A stretch of DNA of 64,000 bases from Macrostomum hystrix (lineage: Eukaryota; Animalia; Platyhelminthes): contig CATNEN010000032.1 of NCBI GenBank assembly GCA_950097015.1, positions 496,001 to 560,000 on the forward strand, in the 5' to 3' direction. The notes beneath the pieces are model-generated. The model searched no databases. It worked only from the letters and a program-made list of their open reading frames with translations, and was not told where the DNA came from. The first letter of the stretch is position 1. The number at the start of each line of letters is the position of its first letter. The position numbers and the translations under genes are program-made. Shown here piece by piece: positions 1-12,172 of the stretch.

Positions 1-45
1 GCGAACGGATTTAGAGTAAACTGTGGGATATTCCTGTCTGAATGG

Positions 46-397
46 GATTGGGGGAGAATGAGATTGAGGGAGAATGGGATTGAGAGAGAATGGGATTGAG
101 GAAGAATGAGATTGAGGGAGAATAGGATTGTGGGAGAATGGGATTGATGGAGAATGGGATTGAGGGAGAATGGGATTGTGGGAGAATGGGATTGTGGGAG
201 AATGGGATTGAGGGAGAATGGGATTGAGGGAGAATGGGATTGTGGGAGAATGGGATTGTGGGAGAATGGGATTGAGGGAGAATGGGATTGAGGGAGAATG
301 GGATTGAGGGAGAATGGGATTGAGGAAGAATGGGATTGTGGGAGAATGGGATTTAGGGAGAATGGGATTGAGGAAGAATCGGATTGAGGGAGAATGT
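46..397. repeat. Minisatellite, 16-bp unit GGGAGAATGGGATTG(A/T), inside an AP1M1 intron
   Basis: Tandem units read directly, about 22 copies. Confidence 0.95.
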
Positions 398-575
398 GTT
401 CTGGAGAAAGCTGGATTCTGGAATATTAATTGGCTGAGGAATGTTTTGATTGAGGTGTTTCTTAAAAAGGAGAAACTTTGACCCGTGTTGGCCAATCATA
501 TTCGAAGGCATTGCCCACGGAGAAAATTTTCTTTAAGTGAACAATAAATAGTTAAAGCAAAATTGAAAGTTTTAC

Positions 576-3500
576 CTTGAATTTAGGCGTATCAACATCC
601 AGAGGCACCGGAATGACAATCTCCACATTGTTGGCCGTGCTGCGCTGCTTAAACTGGCTCTTTGCCTGTCACACAAATTCATCAAGGCAATGCCGTTTTG
701 GGCATTTTGGAGCCTGAGCAACCCAATCCTGAGTATATTGGAGCCTGAGCAACCCAATCCTGAGCATTTTGGAGCCTGAGCAACCCAATCCTGAGTATTT
801 TGGAGCCTGAGCAACCCAATCCTGAGTATTTTGGAGCCTGAGCAACCCAATCCTGAGCATTTTGGAGCCTGAGCAACCCAATCCTGAGTATTTTGGAGCC
901 TGAGCAACCCAATCCTGAGTATTTTGGAGCCTGAGCAACCCAATCCTGAGTATTTTGGAGCCTGAGCAACCCAATCCTGAGTATTTTGGAGCCTGAGCAA
1001 CCCAATCCTGAGTATTTTGGAGCCTGAGCAACCCAATCCTGAGTATTTTGGAGCCTGAGCAACCCAATCCTGAGTATTTTGGAGCCTGAGCAACCCAATC
1101 CTGAGTATTTTGGAGCCTGAGCAACCCAATCCTGAGTATTTTGGAGCCTGAGCAACCCAATCCTGAGTATTTTGGAGCCTGAGCAACCCAATCCTGAGTA
1201 TTTTGGAGCCTGAGCAACCCAATCCTGAGTATTTTGGAGCCTGAGCAACCCAATCCTGAGTATTTTGGAGCCTGAGCAACCCAATCCTGAGTATTTTGGA
1301 GCCTGAGCAACCCAATCCTGAGTATTTTGGAGCCTGAGCAACCCAATCCTGAGCATTTTGGAGCCTGAGCAACCCAATCCTGAGTATTTTGGAGCCTGAG
1401 CAACCCAATCCTGAGCATTTTGGAGCCTGAGCAACCCAATCCTGAGTATTTTGGAGCCTGAGCAACCCAATCCTGAGTATTTTGGAGCCTGAGCAACCCA
1501 ATCCTGAGTATTTTGGAGCCTGAGCAACCCAATCCTGAGTATTTTGGAGCCTGAGCAACCCAATCCTGAGTATTTTGGAGCCTGAGCAACCCAATCCTGA
1601 GTATTTTGGAGCCTGAGCAACCCAATCCTGAGTATTTTGGAGCCTGAGCAACCCAATCCTGAGTATTTTGGAGCCTGAGCAACCCAATCCTGAGTATTTT
1701 GGAGCCTGAGCAACCCAATCCTGAGTATTTTGGAGCCTGAGCAACCCAATCCTGAGTATTTTGGAGCCTGAGCAACCCAATCCTGAGTATTTTGGAGCCT
1801 GAGCAACCCAATCCTGAGTATTTTGGAGCCTGAGCAACCCAATCCTGAGTATTTTGGAGCCTGAGCAACCCAATCCTGAGTATTTTGGAGCCTGAGCAAC
1901 CCAATCCTGAGTATTTTGGAGCCTGAGCAACCCAATCCTGAGTATTTTGGAGCCTGAGCAACCCAATCCTGAGTATTTTGGAGCCTGAGCAACCCAATCC
2001 TGAGCATTTTGGAGCCTGAGCAACCCAATCCTGAGTATTTTGGAGCCTGAGCAACCCAATCCTGAGTATTTTGATTCTGAGCAACCCAATCGAGTATTTT
2101 GGAGCCTGAGCAACCCAATCCTGAGCATTTTGGAGCCTGAGCAACCCAATCCTGAGTATTTTGGAGCCCGAGCAACCCAATCCTGAGTATTTTGGAGCCT
2201 GAGCAACCCAGTATCTCTGACTCATGACTCACCTTGACCATGTACTCGACCCGGCTGTGAGCATGCCGTTCAACCATAGACTCAACCCAGATTAGCGGCT
2301 TTACCTGGCAAGGTGAGAACATTTTTTGTGAACTAAAAAAATTATAATAAACAGTTTTTACATAGAACAGATAAGCAAGTAGTGCGCTGACGGGTGACAA
2401 AATGGACGGACTATAATGTCATTCTTGTGTATATCTTGTACTAATAAGACTACTTAATAAATCAGCTACAGTATAGGTGAGTGAGGTAATGCACTTTTCT
2501 ACTAAAATTAAAGGCGACCATAGTAACAACACAAACTATACTTAGTGATGAAAGGAAGACATACAAGTATTAAAGATAAAGATATAGTACTCGTAGAAAT
2601 GCGAACTTAAAGTCAGTAGAAAGGCCATTTCAAATATTTCAAAATATTTCAAAAAGGTCATTGTCCTTGTTTCTGTATCTCCCGAAATATTCACTAATCA
2701 CCATAAAAATCCAAAACAATGGCAAAAATGTTCCACTGTATCCAATAAAACAACTTCCAAATCACAAAACATCGGCATCGTCAAGATATTCAACGATTCT
2801 CGTCGGGTGTCTGGCGGCAAAAACTACCAATATAGGCATAGTTTTTCTGCTTACAAAATCGAGGGGCGGATAGCTCAGTCAGTAAGGTGTCGGACTCTGG
2901 ATCAGATGGTCCTAGGTTCGACTCCCGACCTAGTCTAGAACTATTCGTGCGGCCTTTGGCAAGCTGCTTTGCCCTGATGTGCACACAGTCTACTCAGCTG
3001 CAAATGAGTACCGACTGATGTGCACACAGTCTACTCAGCTGCAAATGAGTACTGACTGATGTGCACACAGTCTACTCAGCTGCAAATGAGTACCACAGAT
3101 AATATATAACAGTTATATATTATATGTGATGAGTACCGACATTTCGTCGGGTAATAATAATTCCGGCTTGCGTGGAATAAAGCAGTTCTGTGCGGCAATT
3201 CAGTGGGGTTCGGATGCTGCCGATATGTTTGGAAAAAATAAATTCCATTCCATAAATTCCACGCGGCTGTCAACCGGTGTCCGAGAGAGCCGGGGAGTAC
3301 ATTAGGTGTGCAGTCCCCACCTGCTAGTGTGCTTGACACACAACACCTGCACTGGCCCTTGGGTCTAGTGTCATTATTATTATATTATTAATATTTACAA
3401 AATTTCCAGTAGGCTATTATTGCTGATTATATTGTATTGATTCTTGTTAATTTTTATATTATCGAACCAATGTGGATTCACCATAAAGGTTTATTCAGAG

Positions 3501-6500
3501 CATTGTTAGCTGTCCTTGTCACCAGGGTCTTCGACAAGAATCGCTGAATAACTCGACGATGCTGACGTCGGATGGCTTAAAAAGCTAAAAAGAGACTTTA
3601 GTTAATTGATGGTGGACTTTCACGAAAATCGGTCATTTGGTTTGGGAGCTGTAGTGAAGTGGGCAGCGGGTCTTTCTGCTGTTAGATCTTTGCGTAACAT
3701 ACCAGATAAATTATCGCTGCGTAAAAATAATACGCTATTTAACAAAAGACTGAAAAAATAATAGAGTTGCCACGTGCACCTTCAAGATGCACCTTCTTTG
3801 CCAGTTAGACGGTCATTCTATCCCTCATAGTATACCATACCTAAGCTAGCGAAAATAGATCCTACTGAGAAAAGACTTAGCTAACAAAAAGAAACAATGC
3901 AAAGCAATAAATAATAACAAAACATGTGAATACATTAGAGCTCATGGCCAACTTACAGCATTGCCGTGAAATACATGATGCGAGCCCTGCACCAAAATTA
4001 GATTGGATCCATTTGTTTGGGGATGGGAATTGGGATTAGGGATTTACGATAAATTGCCATTTTCATTTTATGATAAAACAGGGAATGCACGTAGCCTCAA
4101 AATATGAAGAACCTTAACCGTAACAACAAAAATGAATCCAAAATAGCACCCTTGAATCACCAGTTGCAGCTAGTGCTATCAGAACACTACACACTGTGTA
4201 TATAGCTAATTCAAATTCGCATTTTGCAGAAATGTAACATTTACTTTAATTAATGCTAGCTTAATTGGATAAAAATGCTGAATGGATAGTTTCAATTCAA
4301 GGGCATTAATTTTTAAGACTTCAGAGACTTCAGGGATTCAGAGACTTCAGGGATTCAGAGACTTCAGGGATTCAGAGACTTCAGGGATTCAGAGACTTGA
4401 GGGATTCAGAGACTTCAAGGATTCAGAGACTTCAGGGATTCAAAGACTTCAGGGATTCAGAGACTTCAGGCATTCAGAGACTTCAGGGATTCAGAGACTT
4501 GAGGGATTCAGAGACTTCAGGGATTCAAAGACTTCAGGGGTTCAGAGACTTCAGGCATTCAGAGACTTTAGGGATTCAGAGACTTCAGGCATTCAGAGAC
4601 TTCAGGCATTCAGAGACTTCAGGGATTCAGAGACTTCAGGGATTCAGAGACTTCAGGGATTCAGAGACTTGAGGGATTCAGAGACTTCAGGGATTCAGAG
4701 ACTTCAGGGATTCGGAGACTTCAGGGATTCAGAGACTTCAGGCATTCAGAGACTTCAGGGATTCAGAGACTTCAGGCATTCAGAGACTTCAGGGATTCAG
4801 AGACTTCAGGGATTCAGAGACTTCAGGGATTCGGAGACTTCAGGGATTCAGAGACTTCAGGCATTCAGAGACTTCAGGGATTCAGAGACTTCAGGCATTC
4901 AGAGACTTCAGGGATTCAGAGACTTCAGGCATTCAGAGACTTCAGGGATTCAGAGACTTCAGGCATTCAGAGACTTCAGGGATTCAGAGACTTCAGGGAT
5001 TCAGAGACTTCAGGGATTCAGAGACTTCAGGGATTCAGAGACTTGAGGGATTCAGAGACTTCAGGGATTCAGAGACTTCAGGGGTTCAGAGACTTCAGGC
5101 ATTCAGAGACTTTAGGGATTCAGAGACTTCAGTCATTCAGAGACTTCAGGCATTCAGAGACTTCAGGGATTCAGAGACTTCAGGGATTCAGAGGCTTCAG
5201 GGATTCAGAGACTTCAGGGATTCAGAGACTTCAGGCATTCAGAGACTTCAGGCATTCAGAGACTTCAGGGATTCAGAGACTTCAGGGATTCAGAGACTTC
5301 AGGGATTCAGAGACTTGAGGGATTCAGAGACTTCAGGGATTCAGAGACTTCAGGGATTCAGAGACTTCAGGGATTCAGAGACTTGAGGGATTCAGAGACT
5401 TCAGGGATTCAGAGACTTCAGGGGTTCAGAGACTTCAGGCATTCAGAGACTTTAGGGATTCAGAGACTTCAGTCATTCAGAGACTTCAGGCATTCAGAGA
5501 CTTCAGGGATTCAGAGACTTCAGGGATTCAGAGGCTTCAGGGATTCAGAGACTTCAGGGATTCAGAGACTTCAGGCATTCAGAGACTTCAGGCATTCAGA
5601 GACTTCAGGGATTCAGAGACTTCAGGGATTCAGAGACTTCAGGGATTCAGAGACTTGAGGGATTCAGAGACTTCAGGGATTCAGAGACTTCAGGGATTCA
5701 GAGACTTCAGGGATTCAGAGACTTGAGGGATTCAGAGACTTCAGGGATTCAGAGACTTCAGGGATTCGGAGACTTCAGGGATTCAGAGACTTCAGGCATT
5801 CAGAGACTTCAGGGATTCAGAGACTTCAGGCATTCAGAGACTTCAGGGATTCAGAGACTTCAGGGATTCGGAGACTTCAGGGATTCAGAGACTTCAGGCA
5901 TTCAGAGACTTCAGGGATTCAGAGACTTCAGGGATTCAGAGACTTCAGGGATTCAGAGACTTCAGGGATTCAGAGACTTGAGGGATTCAGAGACTTCAGG
6001 GATTCAGAGACTTCAGGGGTTCAGAGACTTCAGGCATTCAGAGACTTTAGGGATTCAGAGACTTCAGTCATTCAGAGACTTCAGGCATTCAGAGACTTCA
6101 GGGATTCAGAGACTTCAGGGATTCAGAGGCTTCAGGGATTCAGAGACTTCAGGGATTCAGAGACTTCAGGCATTCAGAGACTTCAGGGATTCAAAGACTT
6201 CAGGGATTCAGAGACTTCAGGGATTCAGAGACTTCAGGGATTCAGAGACTTCAAAGATTTTTCGAGACTTCAAGGCCCCTGAAACTTTAGGGTTTGGGAG
6301 ACTTCAGGGACACTGAAGCATAAGAGACTAGGATTAAGATAAGGAGATTAGGATTAGGAGACTTCGGGGAGTTGTAGACTTCAGGGACACTGAGGCTTCA
6401 GGGATCGAATGCAGGCAAAGTGCCGCAAGCAAGCGGTTTCTCACGTGAGTATTCAGCCGGTAGGACATAAGCTCGAATTCTCCGTCGGGCGGAATAAACG

Positions 6501-8223
6501 AAATAGTTCTATCGGATTCGAATCTGGACAGCCGGACGCACTGATGAAACTTGACATCCTCTAGCTCCACAGACTTGTTGCGACCTCCTGTGCATTGGAT
6601 GGTTCCACTATTAGCAATGAGATATAAGTAATAAAGAAATGGGCGAGTTCCACGTGCAGTGAGAATTGAAAAGGTTACTTTTTCATGTAGCTACGCGTCG
6701 TAACTCTAAGCCCAGGTCTCGTGTGTAAGTGTTTGTGGCTGTTCAGAGCAGCCAAGAGCACTTGGTTGGAATGACTTAAAAAATGCTTAGGCGGTGAAAA
6801 TGAGCCCGCCAGTTTTCGCATGCGCAACTCATTTTCTGCGCAACTCATTGCCTGCCAGTGATTTTAACAAAAAATGTCAGATTTCGCTTTAACTGCCCCA
6901 AAAATTTCGACCCAAAAAGTAAAAAATGAAATTGAACACGACGTAAAATTGAAGCTTATAAACAAATCCGAAAGTTGCCACCAGAAAAATTAAAATGTAA
7001 AAGAACCAACCAGAAACTCAAAGAACCAACGCGAAACTCAAAGAACCAACGCGAAACTCAAAGAACCAACGCGAAACTCAAAGAACCAACGCGAAACTCA
7101 AAGAACCAACCCGAAACTCAAAGAACCAACCCGAAACTCCAAGAACCAACCCGAAACTCCAAGAACCAACCTGAAACTCGATGACTCCAAAATTGAAAAT
7201 AGAAAAAAACTCACTTCCCGTGGACTCGAATAGCACCTTGTCGTTGAGGCCTAGCTGCAGCTCTGGCATACCGGTCAGGTAGGTGCGCATTGTTATGTTG
7301 CCGATAATTTCGCTGCGTAGCACATTGCCAGTTGCGCTAACCAGCAGGCTGACATTTTCGATGACGTCTAGAAAGACTTCATTTTTGCGATACTTGATAC
7401 CGTCTGGTCTCCAGGACACCTGTGGGAACATGTCAGTCAAAGCGGTAGGGACAATGAAGCGAATTACATACGCTGAATTTTACAAGATGTTGAATGCCGG
7501 ACTACATCAAAGAACCTTGGCAAGGATCTATGGTGTTGCGGCAACATCAAAAGACTGATGCAGTGGGTGGCGGCTACGTCAGAGCCAAAAGACTTGTTAA
7601 TTAGTGGTGATAATATCAGAAGACTTGAACTTCGGAGTGAGTGGCGGTAAAAAAATGACTTTGGAATAGATAGGTGGTAAAATCAAAGGACTGGCTATAG
7701 CACAGGTCGGACCAGATCGAAGAGATGAAGTTTTATCGCTTCAAGCGAGCACACAAACCTGATTAGTGATAGCTGGTGGCAGCTTGGGTGTGACTTCCAG
7801 CCGGTGACACTCCTGTGTGATGAACTCTTGCAGGATGCGAGTGTCCGTGGTCTGCGGAAATCCGAAGTCCATCACCTCGTCAAGCAGTTCGTAGATGATG
7901 ACAAAATTGTCTCGAATGCTCTCCTCCTCCAGGTCTTTAAAGTACTCGACAAATATTGATGCTACCTTGTGAAGGAAAGTGAATACTAAGCTGGCGTTTG
8001 CATTCTTCTTGGTGGTAGCCACAATGTACACATTGCTGTGCTTGATGTACAGAAAGTAGGCCTCGTCACAGGGCAGGATGGGCTGCAGAGAGCCCTCTTC
8101 TTCGCGCTCCATCAGCAGTGGCATGAATTTCTCAATTACAGACATTGGAACATCGCCGCGATAGTTACGACTAATCAGAACCTTGCCCTTAATATCAAGG
8201 ATGTATATTGCTGAGGCAGACAT
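576..8223 (-). CDS. AP1M1: AP-1 complex mu subunit (clathrin adaptor medium chain), 3' end outside the window
   Basis: Phase-consistent GT-AG exons 8223-7759, 7419-7215, 6587-6445, 2304-2233, 665-576. Translation [24 protein letters not shown]...[21 protein letters not shown]...[38 protein letters not shown]...VKPLIWVES...[21 protein letters not shown] matches mu1-adaptin. Confidence 0.97.
703..2210. repeat. Intronic minisatellite, 31-bp unit GAGCCTGAGCAACCCAATCCTGAGTATTTTG, about 48 copies
   Basis: Near-identical tandem units fill almost all of intron 666-2232; the 31-aa periodicity of the ORFs equals 3 units. Confidence 0.98.
2864..3392 (+). mobile_element. tRNA-derived SINE (type A)
   Basis: A box TAGCTCAGTCAG and B box GGTTCGACTCC in a tRNA-like head that lacks a paired acceptor stem. 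Central CTTTGGCAAG...CAGCTGCAAATGAGTACC motif of the kind found in conserved metazoan SINE cores, and an (ATT)n-like tail. Confidence 0.75.
4316..6252. repeat. Intronic minisatellite, 17-bp unit AGAGACTTCAGGGATTC, about 114 copies, with higher-order structure
   Basis: Direct tandem units; a block of variant units recurs, including at a 340-bp offset. Confidence 0.98.
7000..7178. repeat. Intronic minisatellite, 20-bp unit AAAGAACCAAC(G/C)CGAAACTC
   Basis: About 8 tandem copies in AP1M1 intron 2. Confidence 0.9.
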
Positions 8224-9616
8224 TGTTCAAGGCAACGAAAGTTGAACAATTTCAGGCGCTCTGCGATGGAAATGAAACATTTTAATGTTGCAAGGCTCTA
8301 AAGAGCTACATATTTTTATCCTTCTTAAATTTAGACAAAGATGATTCTGTACTGGCTACTTAGTCAACTAAAATGAATTTTCAATAATTGTTTGGATTAA
8401 CCTTTGTGATTCTTGCTGCATAAGAATGCTATACATGTTTAGTTCCAAGTAGTTTTATTTAGGACTATAAAAATATTTTCATATCTAAATATACCATACA
8501 TGAGAAGGTTTTTTAAGACAATATAAATGTAATGGTATGGAAAGTTAACACTAAGTAAGTTGCTTAGGTCTTCTGTAATGATACATTCCATCTTTCTTTC
8601 GATTGCATTGCATTAGGAATTTAATATTTTATCATATACTAGCTGACTTATATAAAAACAAATGTCTGTCATATTATCAAAATATTTCAACACTTCTCGA
8701 TCTCGTCTCCGAAAATACGAAAAACTTAGATACTCTAAAAAGCGAGGAAATAAAGCGAGGAACTACTTTGATATTTTAAATAAGCTAGGCATAATCAAAT
8801 TCAAAATTATTTTACCATAATGGCCTGTAATATTTGTACTGTACTGATGGATTTATTTTTTATATAACATAGAAAATGTATTTAAAAACGAAATGAACCA
8901 GGAAGTGAGATTAAATGTCTTTCGGGGAACCCATACATAATTTCCTTTGAAATTATATAGAAAAAAAATCATTTTTAGAAAGTTAGACTTTTGTATTTCT
9001 GTAATTATCACATGCGTTCATAAAAACAAAATATTATAAATTTAGCTGAGTATTACTGAAACTATGTATCAATTACATTCATTTCGTTCTACAGAAACTC
9101 AGTCATTCTATCATGATGCTAAAATTATTTTCTGTTAGATATTAGTTTTTTTAGAATTGCATCATGACACCTTGGTTCCTGCAAGTTCAATGCGAGCTAC
9201 AACTTTTGTGTGCTAGCAATTAAATAAGAACTAAATAAATCTGTGAAATTTTAAATATACACCTTTGTTGCCGTTTATAAGATTTAGAAAATCTAGACCC
9301 TATGGAGAGTCTATGGAGGTTGCGAATTTGCTATATTTATTGGCCAATTTGCATCTATTGCATGTATGTAGGCCTATTTCTGAGCATGGGTTTTCCAAAG
9401 AGCATTAGCAGTAATCAAATGCTGTAAGTTTACAGCAATTGTTTTTTGTCTCGCTTTTTCTCTCTTGAAAAATTCTTAGTATTTGTCGCTGAATTTTTAA
9501 AAGAACTAAACTGTAACACTTCTAATTATTGTATTTGAACTTTGCTTGAGCACAAGGCTCCACAATGTTGCTTTTCTTTTGCTGAACTTTGCTACATTTA
9601 CACTATTTTATTCAAA

Positions 9617-11562
9617 ATGGCAGACAAATTTAAGCAAAGTTTTAGGTATAGGTAATATAATGTAGTATAATATAGCAAATGTTTATTAATTTTAACAAAG
9701 TAGTGATTATAACAAATTGTCATTTTATCATTTTCCATTGATCTTCCATAGGAATAGCCTTGACTTGGCTATCCAGGTGAAATTCTGCAGCACCCTTGCA
9801 GTCTTCGCTACTTAGTTAATGGCATCAATAAGTTGGTGGTCAAACTGAGAAATTTATGGCACCATTTTTGAAAACAGACAGTGAACTAGGCTTTAGGCAC
9901 CCTAGTCCTGTTATGAATGTCCAATTATTTTCTATGGTAATGACAGCTCTGGGCTGCAGCTATTGGTGCTTTAGGCTTAGGCCTATAAAAAGTTGTCATA
10001 CCTGATTTTACTGCTAAATTACCATTTGGACTTTCAAAAGTAATAGTACTCCCAAAAGTGTAGTCACATTCAAATCACATTGCCTTCAAGTGAAGTAATG
10101 TGAGGTAGCAACCAATCAGAGAGACAGACAGATGGAACAATATACAATAGATAATAATTAACATGAAGACAATTAGCTATATGAATGATTGACAGATAAA
10201 GCTTGTCATCTGTATTTATGTATCCATTCCTAAAAAATTAGGCTACTTGTATTTAATAGAATGTGCTAAAGTTTATTCAAGTATTTAAAAACCTTACATT
10301 CAAAATGATTCTGTATGATAAGCAGTATAGTTGTACTCCGGTACAATAAGTCATGAAAATTTTGTGATGTCCTAATAGTATCAAAATGCTTTTAATTATT
10401 CTAACATTATCTGCAGCAATCTCGACTGATTGTCACTTCCTGCCGTTTGACGGCACTGCTAGCTGGGTGTGGCCGCAGCAGCTTATTGCTTCATAAGTCT
10501 CACAATAGCTCACTATCACTGACCACTGGGCCCGCCATCACTGTGCCAGCTTCGGCATCCACTGTGCTGTCTGAGACGCCGAGCGGGGTCTACCTGACTG
10601 CGCCAGAGGGCCTAGTGAACGCCAAGATCTCTGCAGGCATTGATCCTAGCCTGGCTGAGCTGGGCATGGCAACCAGTTCTTGGCCGCCAGACTTGGTCCA
10701 GCGCGCCTTGGAGTGGCTACACTGCTCAGCTGAGCTGCCCTGGTGGGCCGGCATCACCGCCTTTGTTGTCACGGCTCGCATTCTGCTGTTCCCAGTGATG
10801 GTGGCGCACAGGCGGAACTGCAACCTGTACATGAACTCTTTGAAGACCCAGCAGGCTCAGACTGCAACTCTGCTGGCCGCGGTGAAAGCCGGCAGACAGG
10901 AGGAAGCCGAATGGCTGCAGGAGCAGCTCAGGCTGCAGATGAAGAACCAGACTTTACCGATGCTTAAGCGAGTCATGATCCCACCCATATTCGCCTTCTT
11001 GCCGGTGTTTGGCAGCACATTCTATGGCCTAAACCGATTGTCGTCAAGCGGGCTACCCAGCCTGGAGACCGGCGGAGCCCTGTGGTTTGCCGACCTTAGC
11101 CTGCCAGATCCCTACCTGGGTCTGCCAGTCCTGAGCATAGCAACCACCTACGCCATGCTGCTCACTGGCGCAGAGATGCCCCAGCTGAACAAACTGCCCG
11201 GCTCCAAGTTTACCCTGGCGCTGCTGTTCGGCGCGCCCCTGATCGCGCTGCCCCTGGCCATGCACTTCAGCGCCGCTGTTGTGTACTTCTGGTCCCTAAA
11301 CAATATTCTATCGCTGGCGCAGGGCACATTGTTGAAGCGGCCGGCGGTCGCCAAGGCGTTGAACATACCGGAGGTGAAGATTGGTGCCGAGTTTGCTAAA
11401 GCGCAGAATTCCGCAGCCGATTTTCGTGAAATTTTCGACGCTAAGCGGAACGTTGAAATGCCGCGCGTTATTGAAGAACAAATGCGCAAGCTGCGGGAGA
11501 TGCAGCAGCAACAGCAGCAGCAGTCTGATCGTAATCGCGCTCGCGAGGCTGGGAAAGGCTAA
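9617..11562 (+). CDS. OXA1L: Mitochondrial inner-membrane insertase OXA1L (YidC/Oxa1 family)
   Basis: Main exon 10417-11562 encodes VQRALEWLH...LPWWAGI...ARILLFPVMV...GGALWFADLSLPDPYLGLP...AAVVYFWSLNNILSLAQ, typical of Oxa1. The two short 5' exons (9617-9651, 9752-9776) are phase-consistent but tentative. Confidence 0.92.
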
Positions 11563-11949
11563 ATGCTATTTTTTGAGCCAAGCTGAAAGTTTTATCGTTC
11601 TCTAGTTGATTGAGTTAAATTGAGCCGCTCACTATGATTCTATATTGAATTTAGACAGTCTGAATTCGATTGCATTTCCAACTCTACGGTCTGCAGTGCA
11701 CTTTTATTTCTAGTTTGTTATATATTTTAACAAAAGAAATTAGGACAAAAATTTTGGTTGTTTACCAAAACAAATAATTACCCTTTGTATCTTGTGCAGC
11801 CTAAGAAAATAAATTATAAAGATAAAATGCGCAACTGTGTTTTGTTAGAATTATTTCCCAATTTTTTTTGTTAAAGTTTATTTTTTTCTTTTTAACATTA
11901 GTAAACCATTTTCGTTTGATGTTGATTTACTTTTAGTCAGTGAAAAATC

Positions 11950-12050
11950 TAGAGGTGTGGTGGACCGCCAGTCCATGGACTGAACAGTTTTTCGCAACAT
12001 TAGGATGCGTCGAAATTGCTGGCGGCTGTACCACTGGCTTAACGCATTCA
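11950..12050 (+). mobile_element. SINE type B fragment
   Basis: Shares GGTGTGG...CCAGTCCATGGACTG with the copies at 13.0, 17.1 and 18.2 kb. Confidence 0.5.
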
Positions 12051-12172
12051 TCAGTCAGTGTATCTGTGTTCGATTTTTCCGCGGTACAAAAATATAATAA
12101 ACACGTTACTTGCTACTTTCAGCAGTATGGCCGATTCTTTAGAAGAATAGTTTCAATATTTTTAAAGAAGTC

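Noticed and set aside
1-27. Next AP1M1 exon at the window edge
   Set aside because: An acceptor-like CCCACAG exists but the required phase-0 translation does not match the expected mu1 continuation.
2864-2940. Functional tRNA gene
   Set aside because: A and B boxes are present but there is no paired acceptor stem and the sequence continues into a SINE body.
46-6252. Telomeric origin of GGGATT-containing arrays
   Set aside because: GGGATT is TTAGGG read backwards, not its reverse complement; no true (TTAGGG)n runs.
572-6316. Long ORFs (518-572 aa, 254 aa, 197 aa) as repeat proteins
   Set aside because: They are translations of stop-free 31-bp and 17-bp intronic units, open in all frames, inside introns of a well-supported gene.
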